Shown here: piece by piece, positions 52,201 through 64,000 of the stretch
Numbering within the stretch: position 1 is the first letter of the stretch
How the letters are laid out: each line of letters begins with the position of its first letter
DNA from: Owenia fusiformis
Taxonomy: Eukaryota
Direction of reading: 5' to 3'
NCBI GenBank assembly: GCA_903813345.2
Contig: CAIIXF020000001.1
Location: forward strand, 14,260,001-14,324,000
Length of the DNA stretch: 64,000 nucleotides
The notes under the pieces: model-generated
The model's input: the letters and a program-made list of their open reading frames with translations, nothing else
Database searches by the model: none
Told to the model about the DNA's origin: nothing
Translations under genes and position numbers: made by a program

Positions 52201-55200
52201 AGATGTTTGGTTCGAGATCAGTGAGTTTGTCCATGAATTGCTGTCTTTGTATAGTAAGTAAGTCACATTGAAAGAGAAAATGTTTCAGAGTTTGTGGTTT
52301 TCCACAAGTGCAATTAGGGCTGTCAATAGACTGAAAGTTGTGAGCGTAGAACTGGGCTTTGAAGTATAGGTCAGCTCTCACTTTATTGAGAACTATTTCT
52401 TGAACCCTTGTTAGATTAAGCTGGCTTGTTGACAAAATCGGGGGCGTTTTTTGGAAATGTACTCTTTGGTGTTTTTTAAAATTCGAAAGAGTATTCTTAG
52501 ATTTAATAGCAGGTGGAAGATTGATCCAATTTGAAATTGCAGCTGGTATTGCTGAGGTGGAGAATCTATTTGAGCATCTAATGGGCATTTTAAATGCTTC
52601 ATTATATCTCAATACTCTGTTTGCATGGTTTCTAAATTTGTCAAAAATATCAGTTACATAGGGAGGACTTGTACCATTTACAATTTTGAACATAAAGTTG
52701 TTAATCTGGATACTGCGTCTTGATTCAAGAGTTGGCCAATTGAGTAGGTTTAAAACCTTTTTTGAACTGCTCCCTTGGATACACCCAGAACAATAAAGTG
52801 CAGCTTTATAATAAAGACTGTCGAGTCGTTGTAATAGGAACTTTGAGGCTGTGCTGTACATGATAGCACCATAGTCAAAATGGGGTAAAATAAAGGACTT
52901 AAATATGGTTTCTAGATGCTTACTACCTAACTTATATTTAAGTTTCTTTAAAGGGTTTAACATTTTTCGTATTTTTGATATGATTTCTCCAATATGCTTG
53001 TCATATGATAAGCTTGGGTCAAAAGTAAATCCCAGATGTTTGTGCTCGTGATCTCTGGTAATTTCAACATTGTTTAACTTTGAAACAGAAACATTATCGA
53101 CTTTAGATCTGGATGAGTGGAATATCATTTCAGAACTCTTTTCAGGTTTAAACTCCAATTTCCAGGTGTCAGACCATTTTTCAATTTTAATTAGGTTAGA
53201 TCTGGCTATTGCATCTACTTCTTGTGGATGCTTAGGGTCAAAAGGATGATGTAGAGAAGTGTCATCCGCATAAATATAGCAATGCCCCTCCAGATTGTCT
53301 GGAAGGTCATTAATGTATAGGAGAAATAATATTGGCCCAAGTATTGAGCCCTGGGGGACACCACAATTGATAAAGTCATTTTCAGAATAATTTGAAAGTT
53401 CCCCAGATATCTGTACAGCAATTTTTCTATTAGTAAGGCAAGATTTGATAATTTTTTGAATTTGCCCTTGGAAGCCATATGCTGAAAGTTTATGAAGTAG
53501 TAGCTTATGTGGTACTCTGTCAAATGCAGCCGCTATATCTAGAAAAATTGTTTTGGAAGCTTTTCCTTGTTCAAATGTGCTCTGAAGAAAATGTTCAATC
53601 GATAAAAGTTGATGAATAGTACTATGACCTGGTAAGAATCCGGACTGATGTTTGAAAAGAAGATTATTGTCAATTAAATGCTTCCTGATTCGATCAGCTA
53701 AAACTTTTTCAAATACTTTAGAGATACAGCTTAAAAGAGTGATAGGTCTATAATTATTGATGTTTGATTTGTCATTCTTCTTAAAAATTGGGCAAACATT
53801 TCCAATTTTCCAGATATCCGGGTAGGTACACTTTGATAAAAGTTTGTTGAATAAGTTGGCTAAAGGTTTTGAAATGGTATGGGCTGTCAAATTCAACATT
53901 TTGTTGGTGATGTTATCTGGGCCACATGCCTTTGAGGTGTCTAAGGACAAAATTATTTTCATTACCTCGAATTGATCGGTCTGGGCAGAAATGAGTAGAG
54001 AATTAGTCCTAATTGGGAATTGGGGCAATTGATCAAAAGTTGCATCAGTATGATTTTTTGAGGCAAAGAAACTCATAAATCGGTTAGCTATATCAAGGTT
54101 GTTAGATAAGTCGTGTCCAGAGACATCATCATAGATACTAGAAATATCATTTTTATGTAAATTGTTACCAAGGAATGATTTAATTAACCTCCAATAGTTT
54201 TTATCAGATTTATTGAGTTGGTCAATTGATGAGATAGTTTTGAGTTCATGTGCCTCTTTGGCTTGTTCAATTAGTTGGGAAACTTTAGAAGCTTGTTGAT
54301 TATAATTGAATTTGTTAACTTGATTAGGAGCTTTTGAAAATTTCTTATATAAAACTTTCTTTTTTGATATTTCACGTTTAAGATTATCATTGAACCATGG
54401 CTGGTCATTTGACCTTACAGTGATGATTTTATTTGGAATTTTGGATTTGTATATGTCCGAGAGTTTTTCAATAAAGTTAGAGGTAGCTAAGTCCAAGTCT
54501 ATGTTTCTATCGATAATATCTGTCCATTCGGTATTTCTAATTGCATCATTCAAAGTTTCAAGATTAGCTTCATGGTATTTCCAAATGGTTTTTTTAATAG
54601 GCTTGGACTTAGTCACACCAACTTTAATTTGAGCTACAATTGTGCTGTGGTCGGTTTTTTCAATGGGATCAGTGACATCCCAGTTGTCAAAAATATCTGG
54701 AGAATCAGTCAAAATATGATCAATGCAGGATTTGGAGTGATCAGTTATTCTAGTTGGTTCACTAACAAGTTGTACAAAGTCTTGGTTATCTATGGTTTCT
54801 AAGAGTTTAGTTCCTGCTAAGTTTATGTCATCATTATCATACCAGATTGAATGTTTTGCATTCAGGTCACCCATCAGTATGACATGGTCAAAGGCCGGCT
54901 GAGATGTTACTATTTGATCAAGTTGAGTTTCCAATAATGAAAAATAATTTCTTGTTTCTGTTGCATTCTGACTGGGTGACCTGTAGCAAGTGCCAAATAA
55001 AATTCGTTTATGGTTCACAATAACAGTTACTAACAGATTTTTAATTGCCTTGTCCTTGAAATTAATTATGCAAAATGACACATACATGGATATGTCAAAA
55101 TGTAAAGTGGAGAAGAAATATATGGTAGAATCACAATAAATGCTGAATTGAGCTTATTTTTGATGCTGTATTGAAGTTTTTGACTGAGAAGATATGCTGA

Positions 55201-57342
55201 ACATTTAATTTTTTTCCCTTGGCCTCGCATGCAACAATTCATGCAGGCAAATATCTAAACAAAGTAAGACTCCTGGATGAACATAATGGATATTTCACAT
55301 TTTCTTTTGTTTTATTGTATCGGCAATTTTCATTGAAAATCACTGTGAATACAGCCCAAGGAAAAATTACATTAATTTTGCAAAAATCATAGAATTTCAT
55401 TATGCTCTAATCACAAAGTGTACTTACTATACAATATACACAAGCTTACAATACAATATCTATACAACAACTGCATGCTTTAAACTGAAGTCTAATCATG
55501 CATTTTGAAAGCCAACCTGGTTAAAAAATTCTTGAAGTAAGCAATCAATCCACGGTTCAGCAACCTCCATGGGTCGAGCCTCGTTTGAAATATCTGACAC
55601 TTTCATCAAAATCATCATAACCTATTGTAGAAAAGCTATAGGATTAGACCTAACAGAAGCAACGTACTGGGCTATACTGGGGTGTGGAGGCATTATACTT
55701 AGGCTTGTCCTCAGCTAAGGTATCTGCTTCAAGCATTTTGGTATAAAGAACTGGTACATTTGTATACTGTAGGTATATCAAGCAGGATCTTACTAAATAT
55801 TAGAAGCGGCCATTATGTTACCATGACAACTAGGAATACAAAAATGTCTCCCATTTTTTTGTGTAGCAGGAGACCGCTTCAATCCTGCAATGTGTGAATG
55901 TAAAATGCAGGATGGGGATCATTATTATCCACGAGTCAGGGCTCCTATTCTAAACGAAGCAATTGCATTCAAGTATATAAATATTAATGATTCGCTAGTC
56001 TTGCATCTTGCCTCTATTGTGTTTATGTTGTCACAATCTCTCAAAGTCTGGCCAAGAGCAAGATAGAGTAGGAATCAGAGACTTGACGCGAGACTAGGGA
56101 ACCACATGCAGATACAATGCAGAAAATGTTCATACAAAACTTTGTAGCTATTAAAGAGGCAACAAAAGAAACAAAAGAGTTGATGGAAACTCGTTGAAAA
56201 ACTGTCACAGTTTTACCGAACTGAGTTTTTGACCTCATTTTAAGAAAGTACCTTGATTTTTAAAGTTATCTTAGAGAAAATCTCCAAAAGTCAACATCTT
56301 CTGCAGAAAATTCTGCATCTTGAACTATCAGGTACTTTCTTGTTTGATCAAATACTGAACATTCTTAGATAGCATCATTGGAAAAAATTATTTCCAACTT
56401 ATTACAATCACAGTATACATTGCTGCCACTTTAAGGTAGGCTAAGTAGAGTCATCTGACAAAATAACTTTCAAATGCAAATTCATTCCACAGTGACTACC
56501 TTAATGCTTTGAACTTTCGAAGCATGTTGATATCATATCAGATATTATTCAAAGATGACTCTTGTTATTTATAAAATAAAAAAATATAATAAACTAATGG
56601 CAGTTTTCTGTCATGGATTGTTCTCAAATGAGAAAAAATACTGATTTCTTGTTATGACTTTCCAAATTTCAACTGGGTACAGATTGACACTCAATCGGGT
56701 GCTGCACCCGGCTGATTCAATGTTATGAATGCAATGGATACCAACAAGATTTTATCTTTAAGATCTACGTACCAATGATTTGTGCTCTTTGTTGGTAAAA
56801 TCTTTGTTGGGTATAATGGCTTTGAAAGAATTGAGTATGTCTGAATGTTTGGCCATGTCTGTTGCTAAAACACATCTGAAATGAACATTTCAAATAAGTT
56901 GTTATTATAAATTTCTAAATGATTCAAAGATTTGATAAAAAGAGTAAATATGGTATGTTGTTTTAAAATGTTGATTACAACACCAAAAAAATCCTCTCTA
57001 ATTGTGGTAACAGAGGTTTTGATGCAGGACGTTCTCTCGAATATGTTGGATGGTTCAGGAATTTATTTTCTCTATACAAAGACTTAGTATTGTTATTATA
57101 AAGAGACTTTATGAACACCCTGTATATCTAACAAATATTAAGAGTTATAAAATCAAAAATGGTCGGGTTCTTCATACTCACTTGATCATTCCCTCTCGGA
57201 CCTTCTTGAATGTCTCTAGTGGAAGATTTCTGAATATATTTGCATGATTTTTCTCAAGAATCTCGAAGGCTTTGGAGCAATGGTGGTTTTCCAGTGGTGA
57301 AATATCATTGTATCTCATCGCTAATTCTGTTCTTGCGTTGAT
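49255..57342 (-). CDS. PDE9A: cGMP-specific phosphodiesterase 9-like, 3' part of catalytic domain (5' exons not found in window)
   Basis: Exons 57342-57182 ([21 protein letters not shown]), 56875-56773 ([10 protein letters not shown]), 55621-55517 or 51247-51143 ([17 protein letters not shown]), 49897-49751 ([32 protein letters not shown]), 49395-49255 (stop TAG); phases consistent. Confidence 0.93.
49950..50167. mobile_element. Tc1/mariner-like MITE
   Basis: ta|CAGGGTGTCAAATAAATATGTTCTCCC ... GGGAGAACATATTTACTTGATACCCTG|ta. Confidence 0.85.
51143..51247 (-). CDS. PDE9A: PDE9 duplicated exon, variant B ([35 protein letters not shown])
   Basis: 105 nt, phase 0-0, tttag acceptor and GTCCGT donor. 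Confidence 0.9.
51878..55033 (-). mobile_element. Young CR1/L2-group LINE, ORF2 (partial APE endonuclease + RT) uninterrupted, 5'-truncated
   Basis: CYRSP, MGDLNA, SCIDHI, TDH endonuclease motifs and full RT; 13-bp TSD cagatttttaatt at 51865-51877 and 55034-55046; the first ~18 aa of the listed ORF come from flank. Confidence 0.96.
55517..55621 (-). CDS. PDE9A: PDE9 duplicated exon, variant A ([35 protein letters not shown])
   Basis: 105 nt, phase 0-0, aatag acceptor and GTTGGC donor. Confidence 0.9.
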
Positions 57343-58183
57343 CTGAAGGAGAGAAGATTACAATAATTCTTTTTTTACAGTAATTCTTAATTGAAAAATA
57401 TGTATCATGTCAGACTTGAAATATGTAAATTTTATATAGAGATGTCCACCTTCCATCCAAAGAACCTCAAACCTTTCTAAAATAAACAGTGGAACCATTA
57501 ATGATAAGAATTCAGAATTAGTATTAAAACCAGGGCATAAACATGCAAAATGTCACCACCTGTCATTTGTTACAGATGCCACATGTCGAACACCACCATG
57601 CACTGGACACCAACAGTGGACCGCCGCCACAAGTTGGAGACTATATCAAAATGTTAATGGTGACATTAAAACCATTGCCAGGGTAGGAGGTCTGAATGTT
57701 GTTGGTCCAAATCACAAGAAGCATTACAGTCATGATTCCTCTGCAATGGGGTTATAGCAAAAAAAGATGGAAACCTTGTGCACTGTTCTTCTATTATACA
57801 GATTACACAAACAACAATTATTCTCCTTTACCTAGAACTATGCTATAATCAACCTGGAAAAGTCTCACGCTGTGTCTACAGACTCATATTTCAATATAAC
57901 AGGCATCAATATTTAAAGCAGATTTGACATAAGCTCATGTCATTATTGACAATATTGTGCAACTGTAATAAGTCAATCAAGGCCAATACATTCTAATGAA
58001 GTTCAACATCAGTTTTATGTGTATGGTATGTTATAGTCATCTAAATTCTATCATATCAATGTTTTTGGTGTCAATACAAAAATGTTATGCCCAGGAATGT
58101 CTGTATTTCATGAGGGCCAGCCTGCTGTCATGGGAATCTACTACAAAGACAAATCACAGTATGTATCAACACAACTCCAATTG

Positions 58184-58543
58184 CACTGGTGATCCACTCG
58201 ATTACGCTGCTTACCGAAACGGTTCGTTTTGGTAACAAAATGTCGGAACGTCGAAGGTACGATTTTTCACAACGGTTTTTCGAAAAACAGTTAAGATCTG
58301 TCCTTTTAACCCAAATCTTTTATGTAACTTAAGTGAGGAATTAAATCGATGATTCTGTTGTCTTCTGAGCTATTTTTTCGCAAACATGAACTTTTTCTAA
58401 AACATATGATACTGATACACGTTTGTGTGAAAAAACGTCATGGGGATTCTGCCTACAACGCGTGAAATAAGGAAAACAGAAAAATCGTACCTCCGACGTT
58501 CCGACCGTTTTGGTAACCAGCGTAATCGAGTGGATCACCAGTG
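58184..58543. mobile_element. Non-autonomous TIR element with CAC...GTG ends and 5-bp TSD (Transib-like)
   Basis: aattg|CACTGGTGATCCACTCGATTACGCTG ... CAGCGTAATCGAGTGGATCACCAGTG|aattg; 26-bp perfect TIR with further imperfect extension. Confidence 0.85.
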
Positions 58544-59460
58544 AATTGTCTCTCTCAGGAGATTCCTTCTTATGATCAGCATCATCCAGCATTTAAAACT
58601 TACATTTACCCATTGCAATCAGCAAACAATCTTTGGTTTGGCTTGGTAAAAGAATTGGGAAACTAGTTGCCAAAGGGACAGTGGGGCTGAATGGGGCACT
58701 GAGGTTGAGTGGGCAAAGCAGCTGAGTGACCAATGGGGTTGACTAAGCAATGGGGCTGAGTTGCCAATGGGGTTGACTAGGCAATGGGGCTGATTGCCAA
58801 ACTAGAAAATTGTGAATATCCTATTAATGAACCTTATAAAACACTGACCTGATAAATGAAAAATACCAAGAGGTAAATATATTGAAATAATATGCACTCA
58901 ACTACATTTGCACATTAAGTATAATCCATACGCAAAAATATATGACCTCAGCCAACAAAGCAAAAATGACTCAAATGAACAAAATCATACAAAAGTAAAC
59001 TAACACTCAATGATCCTGAGGTCAATGAACCTCTTGGATTAATCAATAATGTAAAAGATCTAGATCTTACAACAATACGTGCAAGAATTGCAAATCCTGA
59101 AAAGCTAATGCAGGCAGACAATAATTGTCAGTAATTGTGAATGTCAACAGCCTTCCATTGAATTGTAACCAGATATTTGACACAGTTGTAGAAAACAACT
59201 TCAGGACACCTAGCTCCCCACAGTGGATATAACCTTCAAGAATTCTTAATCTATACACGAGGTTCATGTTTAAAAATAATAAGTCATTGACAGTGAGTGT
59301 CTGCGAAGAATGTAAAACAATGATCATGTTTCAATTAAATGCACACAAGATCAAACGAGTGAATATAGAAAGTAATAACATGATGGAGAGGACACCTAGA
59401 TTTCCTCTATGACTCCATAACTCTCAGAATGACTTCTAATTAAGGTCCTGCTGAAGATGT

Positions 59461-59850
59461 GCACGTGATAAAATATGAGAAATATCTTAAAGGTACTATC
59501 TCTACTGAGGATGTGCTTGAGATAAATGCATGGCTTGAGAAACATCTTAATGGTACCATCTCTGGTGAAGATTTGCATATGATAAATGCATGGCTTGAGA
59601 AACATCTTAAAAGTACCATCTCTGGCGAAGATGTGCATATGATAAATGCATGGCTTGAGAAACATCTTAAAAGTACCATCTCTGGCGAAGATGTGCATAT
59701 GATAAATGCATGGCTTGAGAAACATCTTAAAAGTACCATCTCTGGCGAAGATGTGCATATGATAAATGCATGGCTTGAGAAACATCTTAAAAGTACCATC
59801 TCTGGCGAAGATGTGCATGTGATAAATGCATGGCTTGAGAAACATCTTAA
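59461..59850. repeat. 60-bp minisatellite, ~6.5 copies
   Basis: gataaatgcatggcttgagaaacatcttaaaagtaccatctctggcgaagatgtgcatat repeats in register with the 60-nt lines. Confidence 0.97.
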
Positions 59851-60169
59851 TCACTTTGAAACAATTAAAAATTAAACTTTTGATAAATTGGCATACTGAA
59901 CTAATATGTTAGGGTTCCCAATGAGACACAATTGCAAATAATTTGTTGAAAATATTGGTGAACACGTACCCATTTCTCAGAAAAGTGACATCATATACAA
60001 AAGGGTAATTCTTCGTGTAAAAAACATTCCTGTATCTTGAATATTAACATGCAATATTTGAATCATGATAAAAACTTGTTGCTTGTATAATGTTCACATT
60101 GTGCTTTTACTTTTCAATACCAAGAAATTGGATGATACAGTTATACCAAATATTCCTGTTTTGAACTAA

Positions 60170-62027
60170 GGCCGTAAGAATTAGATTCTTTGTTTTGCGT
60201 CCCCTTGCTTGCATGATTTTGAGTAAATCAGAAAAAACAAACACATCCAAATAGCAACCACAAGGGTCTGAAAGTGACATTGCATTTCGTTCAATCAGAA
60301 TCAGACGAAATGGCGGATAAATTGATGTGCGTCAAAATTGACAGTGTTATTGATTACTTGGGTAAACATTGTGTATTTTTTTTATTGTTTTCCCTTGATA
60401 ATACCTATATTTAAAGATGTCATTTTAAAAGCAAAAAAGGCTCCAAAACGTAATAAAATATGTAGTTTGGATGTTCATTTATGTCTGTGGATTATATTTT
60501 ATACCACAAACACTTATAAATACCTGAAATTTGCAATAAAAGTGCCCAAAAATTGTTGTTTCGAAATTCCCCATTTTTCCTGTATCGCGCTAGTCACGTG
60601 ACCCTTACGCGTAGCAGGCAATGCCTAGTATTACAGATATTACAGCTCAGTACATATTTCAACATGTTCAATATGGCAAACATCAGCGATTCTGACTCCC
60701 GGGTTCTGGGAAATGGCTATATATAAATCGGCGAGAGGATGTTATTTAAGGAGGACAATTTAAGGAGGGGAAATATGTCCAAGTATGCCAGTAAAAGAGC
60801 AGATATGGACTTTAGACAAGTACTATGACGGAGAATCAACTAAAAAAATGTGCGTTCTGGAATGAAGACCCGTTGCCATTGACTGAGAATCCCAGCGATC
60901 CTATAATCCTACTCAGTTTGAATTTAGACGCGGAAAACAGGTTATGAAAACGGGCTCTCTGCAAAGTTATCAAATTTAGAAAATATGGATCTTGTTTTTG
61001 AGTGGCTTAACAAGCATTCGGATACAAGACTTGGCGCTATCTCTTGTCAAATACACGCAGACTTGCAGTAAATTGGCCATTGCAAATTGCAAAATCAGAT
61101 CGTCAAATAAATCGCTTCGTTTTTAAACGTATGCTTCATATCTTCATCCAAAACTTTAGGATTCGATAGAGATAAGTTAAAACTTGTACAGGAAGAAATG
61201 GGAGATCCTACCTTAATTTAGAATCGCTGATTTCTCTGGACAAATTCCGAGAAGAAATTGTTCAACATCGCGATCAGCTCAGACTAAACTTACATGTCGT
61301 GCATGTCACTCTGAACTCACGTGATAAAATACGGCATTTTGATTGGTTACTACTCGTGTTGTCATGACGCGAAAAACAATAGTAAACACTGAATATGTTA
61401 GTGAACTGTCATATATGGAGCAATTGTCTTTCTGATTGGTTAACTTTACACGCCTCCTAAATGAATATAGTAGTCGTAGTAAATGATTCATTGATAACTC
61501 TGAATGTGGGCGTGACCAGCTTTATTTTGACACCAAATTCAAGATGTTTCAAATAAAAATGGCCTCGCAAGACGAGGTTGAAATATCGGCAGTTTGATAC
61601 TGATATGGTCTACGATAGATCAAAATTGACTGCCCCGCGTCATATGTCACGTGAGCCTATATTTGTTGAAAAATGAAAGAGATAGTGACACTTTTTAATC
61701 TTAAGTTAATACCAATATTACAAACACATATCTATTTTTTTCATTAAATATTTATTTCTTCATTATACATACATTTGTTTTACACTGCATTGATTTATTT
61801 TTGCAAAACCTTTGCTATTAGATCTTTAAATATATTGTATAAAATGTATAGATCTGTGTTTGTATCACTGCAAATTGGTATGTCATCCCTTTTAATGCCC
61901 ATAAAATGTATACATTTCTCAGCAAACAAGTTTGTGTTTTTTCTTGAGTTTGTGTTTGTTTTCCTTGTAACCTTGCATGATTTGGATTTTGCCAGGACGC
62001 AAAACAGAGAATCTAATTCTTATGGCC
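60170..62027. mobile_element. Non-autonomous TIR element with TAA TSD (PIF/Harbinger- or Zator-like)
   Basis: taa|GGCCGTAAGAATTAGATTCTTTGTTTTGCGTCC ... GGACGCAAAACAGAGAATCTAATTCTTATGGCC|taa; no transposase recognised inside. Confidence 0.85.
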
Positions 62028-62844
62028 TAACCATCATTACCCAAGATAAATTGCTAAGCTTTATCAATCATCATCATACTGAAACCCAAGAAAGTCATTG
62101 ACCCAAATATAATTGATATAATTTAAGGTAGATTTATTAATATCAAAAAACAAAGACATTATGTTACTGAAGGGCATTCAATGTTTGCTATTATTACACA
62201 CAAACTGACCTTCAAACCATCTTATTAAAGCTATCTATCTGAGTAAGCCTATCATCAAAGGGAGGAAAACTAGTAAAGCCAATCAGCTATATAAATCAAA
62301 GGGCCATCTCTTTATTGTATCTTGCATTTTGGATCAAAATATCAATCATTTTTTATAATTCTGCAGAAATCAGATGAAACTTTGATCAACTGTGAATCTT
62401 TAGTACATGAGAGACCAGGCCCTGGAAATATTTGTCTAGGAAAGTATGACAAGGCCTGTGAACTCAATTAACACCCTTTTACTTTTTTATGGCTAGATAT
62501 GCCCGTCTATTTGATACTGTCTAAATTACAAGTTAATTCTTATTCAAAGCAGACCTCTGTAAAACAAAAGAACTATTATAGCAATGACAATAACAATAGC
62601 ACTGAACTGAGGAAGAGAATTACATTAACCGATTATTTAGGTTTAAATTAATGTTTATGAACCTTACCATTTGCAATGCGGATCTGAGATCTTAGTCGAG
62701 ATACTTATCAAGTGTATAATTAGAAAGTGGATCAAACTGATTGCCTTTTGTAAAGAAATGTCAAAGACAGCTACAGTTATGTCAATAAATTGCAGATCTA
62801 GTTCCTACTTTTCAAAGTGCAGTTAACCCTATTTGAAGGTGGTA

Positions 62845-64000
62845 CAATATCACATTTAATCTATTATTAACCTGATATGTAATATCCCCAAATGCCAATA
62901 CCAAATATCACATTTTAACCCATTAGAAACCTAATATGCATTGTTGTATCCCCAAATATCAATACTAAATATCACTACTAAATATATACCAAATATCACG
63001 TTTTAATCCATTATAAACCTAATATGCATTGTTATATCCCCATATATCAATACAAATATCACATTTTTAATCTATTACTAACCGGATATACATTTTAATA
63101 TTCCCAAATATCAATACTAAATATCACATTTAACCCATTAGAAACCTAATGTGCATTGTAATATCCCCAAATATCAATACCAAATATCACATTTTAATCC
63201 ATTACTAACCTAGTATGCATTGTTATATCCCCAAATATCAATAACAAATACCACATTTTAATCCATTAGAACCCTAATATACATTGTTGTTTCCCCAAAT
63301 ATCAATACCTAATATCATATTTTAATCCATTATTAACCTAATATGCATTGTAATATCCCCAAATATCAATACTAAATATCACATATTAATCCATTAATAA
63401 CCTGGTATGCATTGTTATATCCCCAAATATCAATACTAAATATCACATATCAATCCATTACTAACCTGATATGCATTGTTATATCCCCAAATATCAATAC
63501 TAAATATCACATATTAATCCATTACTAACCTGGTATGCATTGTTATATCCCCAAATATCAATACTAAATATCACATATTAATCTATTACTAACCTAATAT
63601 GCATTGTTGTATCCCCAAATATCAATAACAAATACCACATTTTAATCCATTACTAACCTAATATGCATTGTAATATCCCCAAATATCAATACTAAATATC
63701 ACATATTAATCCATTACTAACCTGGAATGCATTGTTATATCCCCAAATATCAATACTAAATATCACATATTAATCCATTACTAACCTGGTATGCATTGTT
63801 ATATCCCCAAATATCAATACTAAATATCACATATTAATCCATTACTAACCTGGTATGCATTGTTATATCCCCAAATATCAATACTAAATACCACATTTTA
63901 ATCCATTACTAACCTGATATGCATTGTTATATCCCCAAATATCAATACCAAATATAACATTTTAATCCATTACTAACCTGATATGCATTGTTGTATCCAG
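62845..64000. repeat. 64-bp minisatellite, ~18 copies, runs off the window
   Basis: Unit atatccccaaatatcaatactaaatatcacatattaatccattactaacctggtatgcattgtt. Confidence 0.95.

Noticed and set aside
52076-55087. 1003-aa ORF as a complete autonomous LINE or domesticated gene
   Set aside because: The TSD shows truncation at 55033 inside the endonuclease; no ORF1 or 5' UTR; the start codon is in flanking DNA
59396-59875. Three overlapping repetitive ORFs on both strands
   Set aside because: By-product of a stop-poor 60-bp (multiple of 3) minisatellite in a PDE9 intron; no domain or splice support
57350-64000. Upstream PDE9 exon (HDLDHPG...YQ)
   Set aside because: Candidate TATCAG|GTCAGT at ~58850 lacks the expected upstream codons; the exon is presumably beyond the window

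Overview
AT-rich, repeat-dense metazoan (probably marine invertebrate, spiralian-like; inference only) genomic DNA with four host genes. (1) An intronless-CDS Toll-like receptor (+, ~15118-17436) and a 5'-truncated, frameshifted tandem paralog (+, 8031-9156). (2) Wntless/WLS (-): 12 coding exons read by hand from 32125 to 20292, including a U12-type intron; its last coding exon is not in the window, so the TLR copies appear to be nested antisense in its intron. (3) A SYCE2-like synaptonemal-complex gene (+, CDS 33527-40797) head-to-head with WLS, whose second intron is almost filled by a 5.6-kb foldback element. (4) The 3' part of a PDE9-like phosphodiesterase (-, 57342-49255) with two homologous 105-nt exons that look mutually exclusive. 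The rest is LINEs (two near-identical copies 46 kb apart), Helentron-like satellite-carrying elements, non-autonomous TIR elements (hAT, Tc1/mariner, Harbinger/Zator-like, Transib-like), three hairpin elements sharing one architecture, and minisatellites, some seeded at splice sites. All homology calls are from recognition of motifs; no database searches were run.
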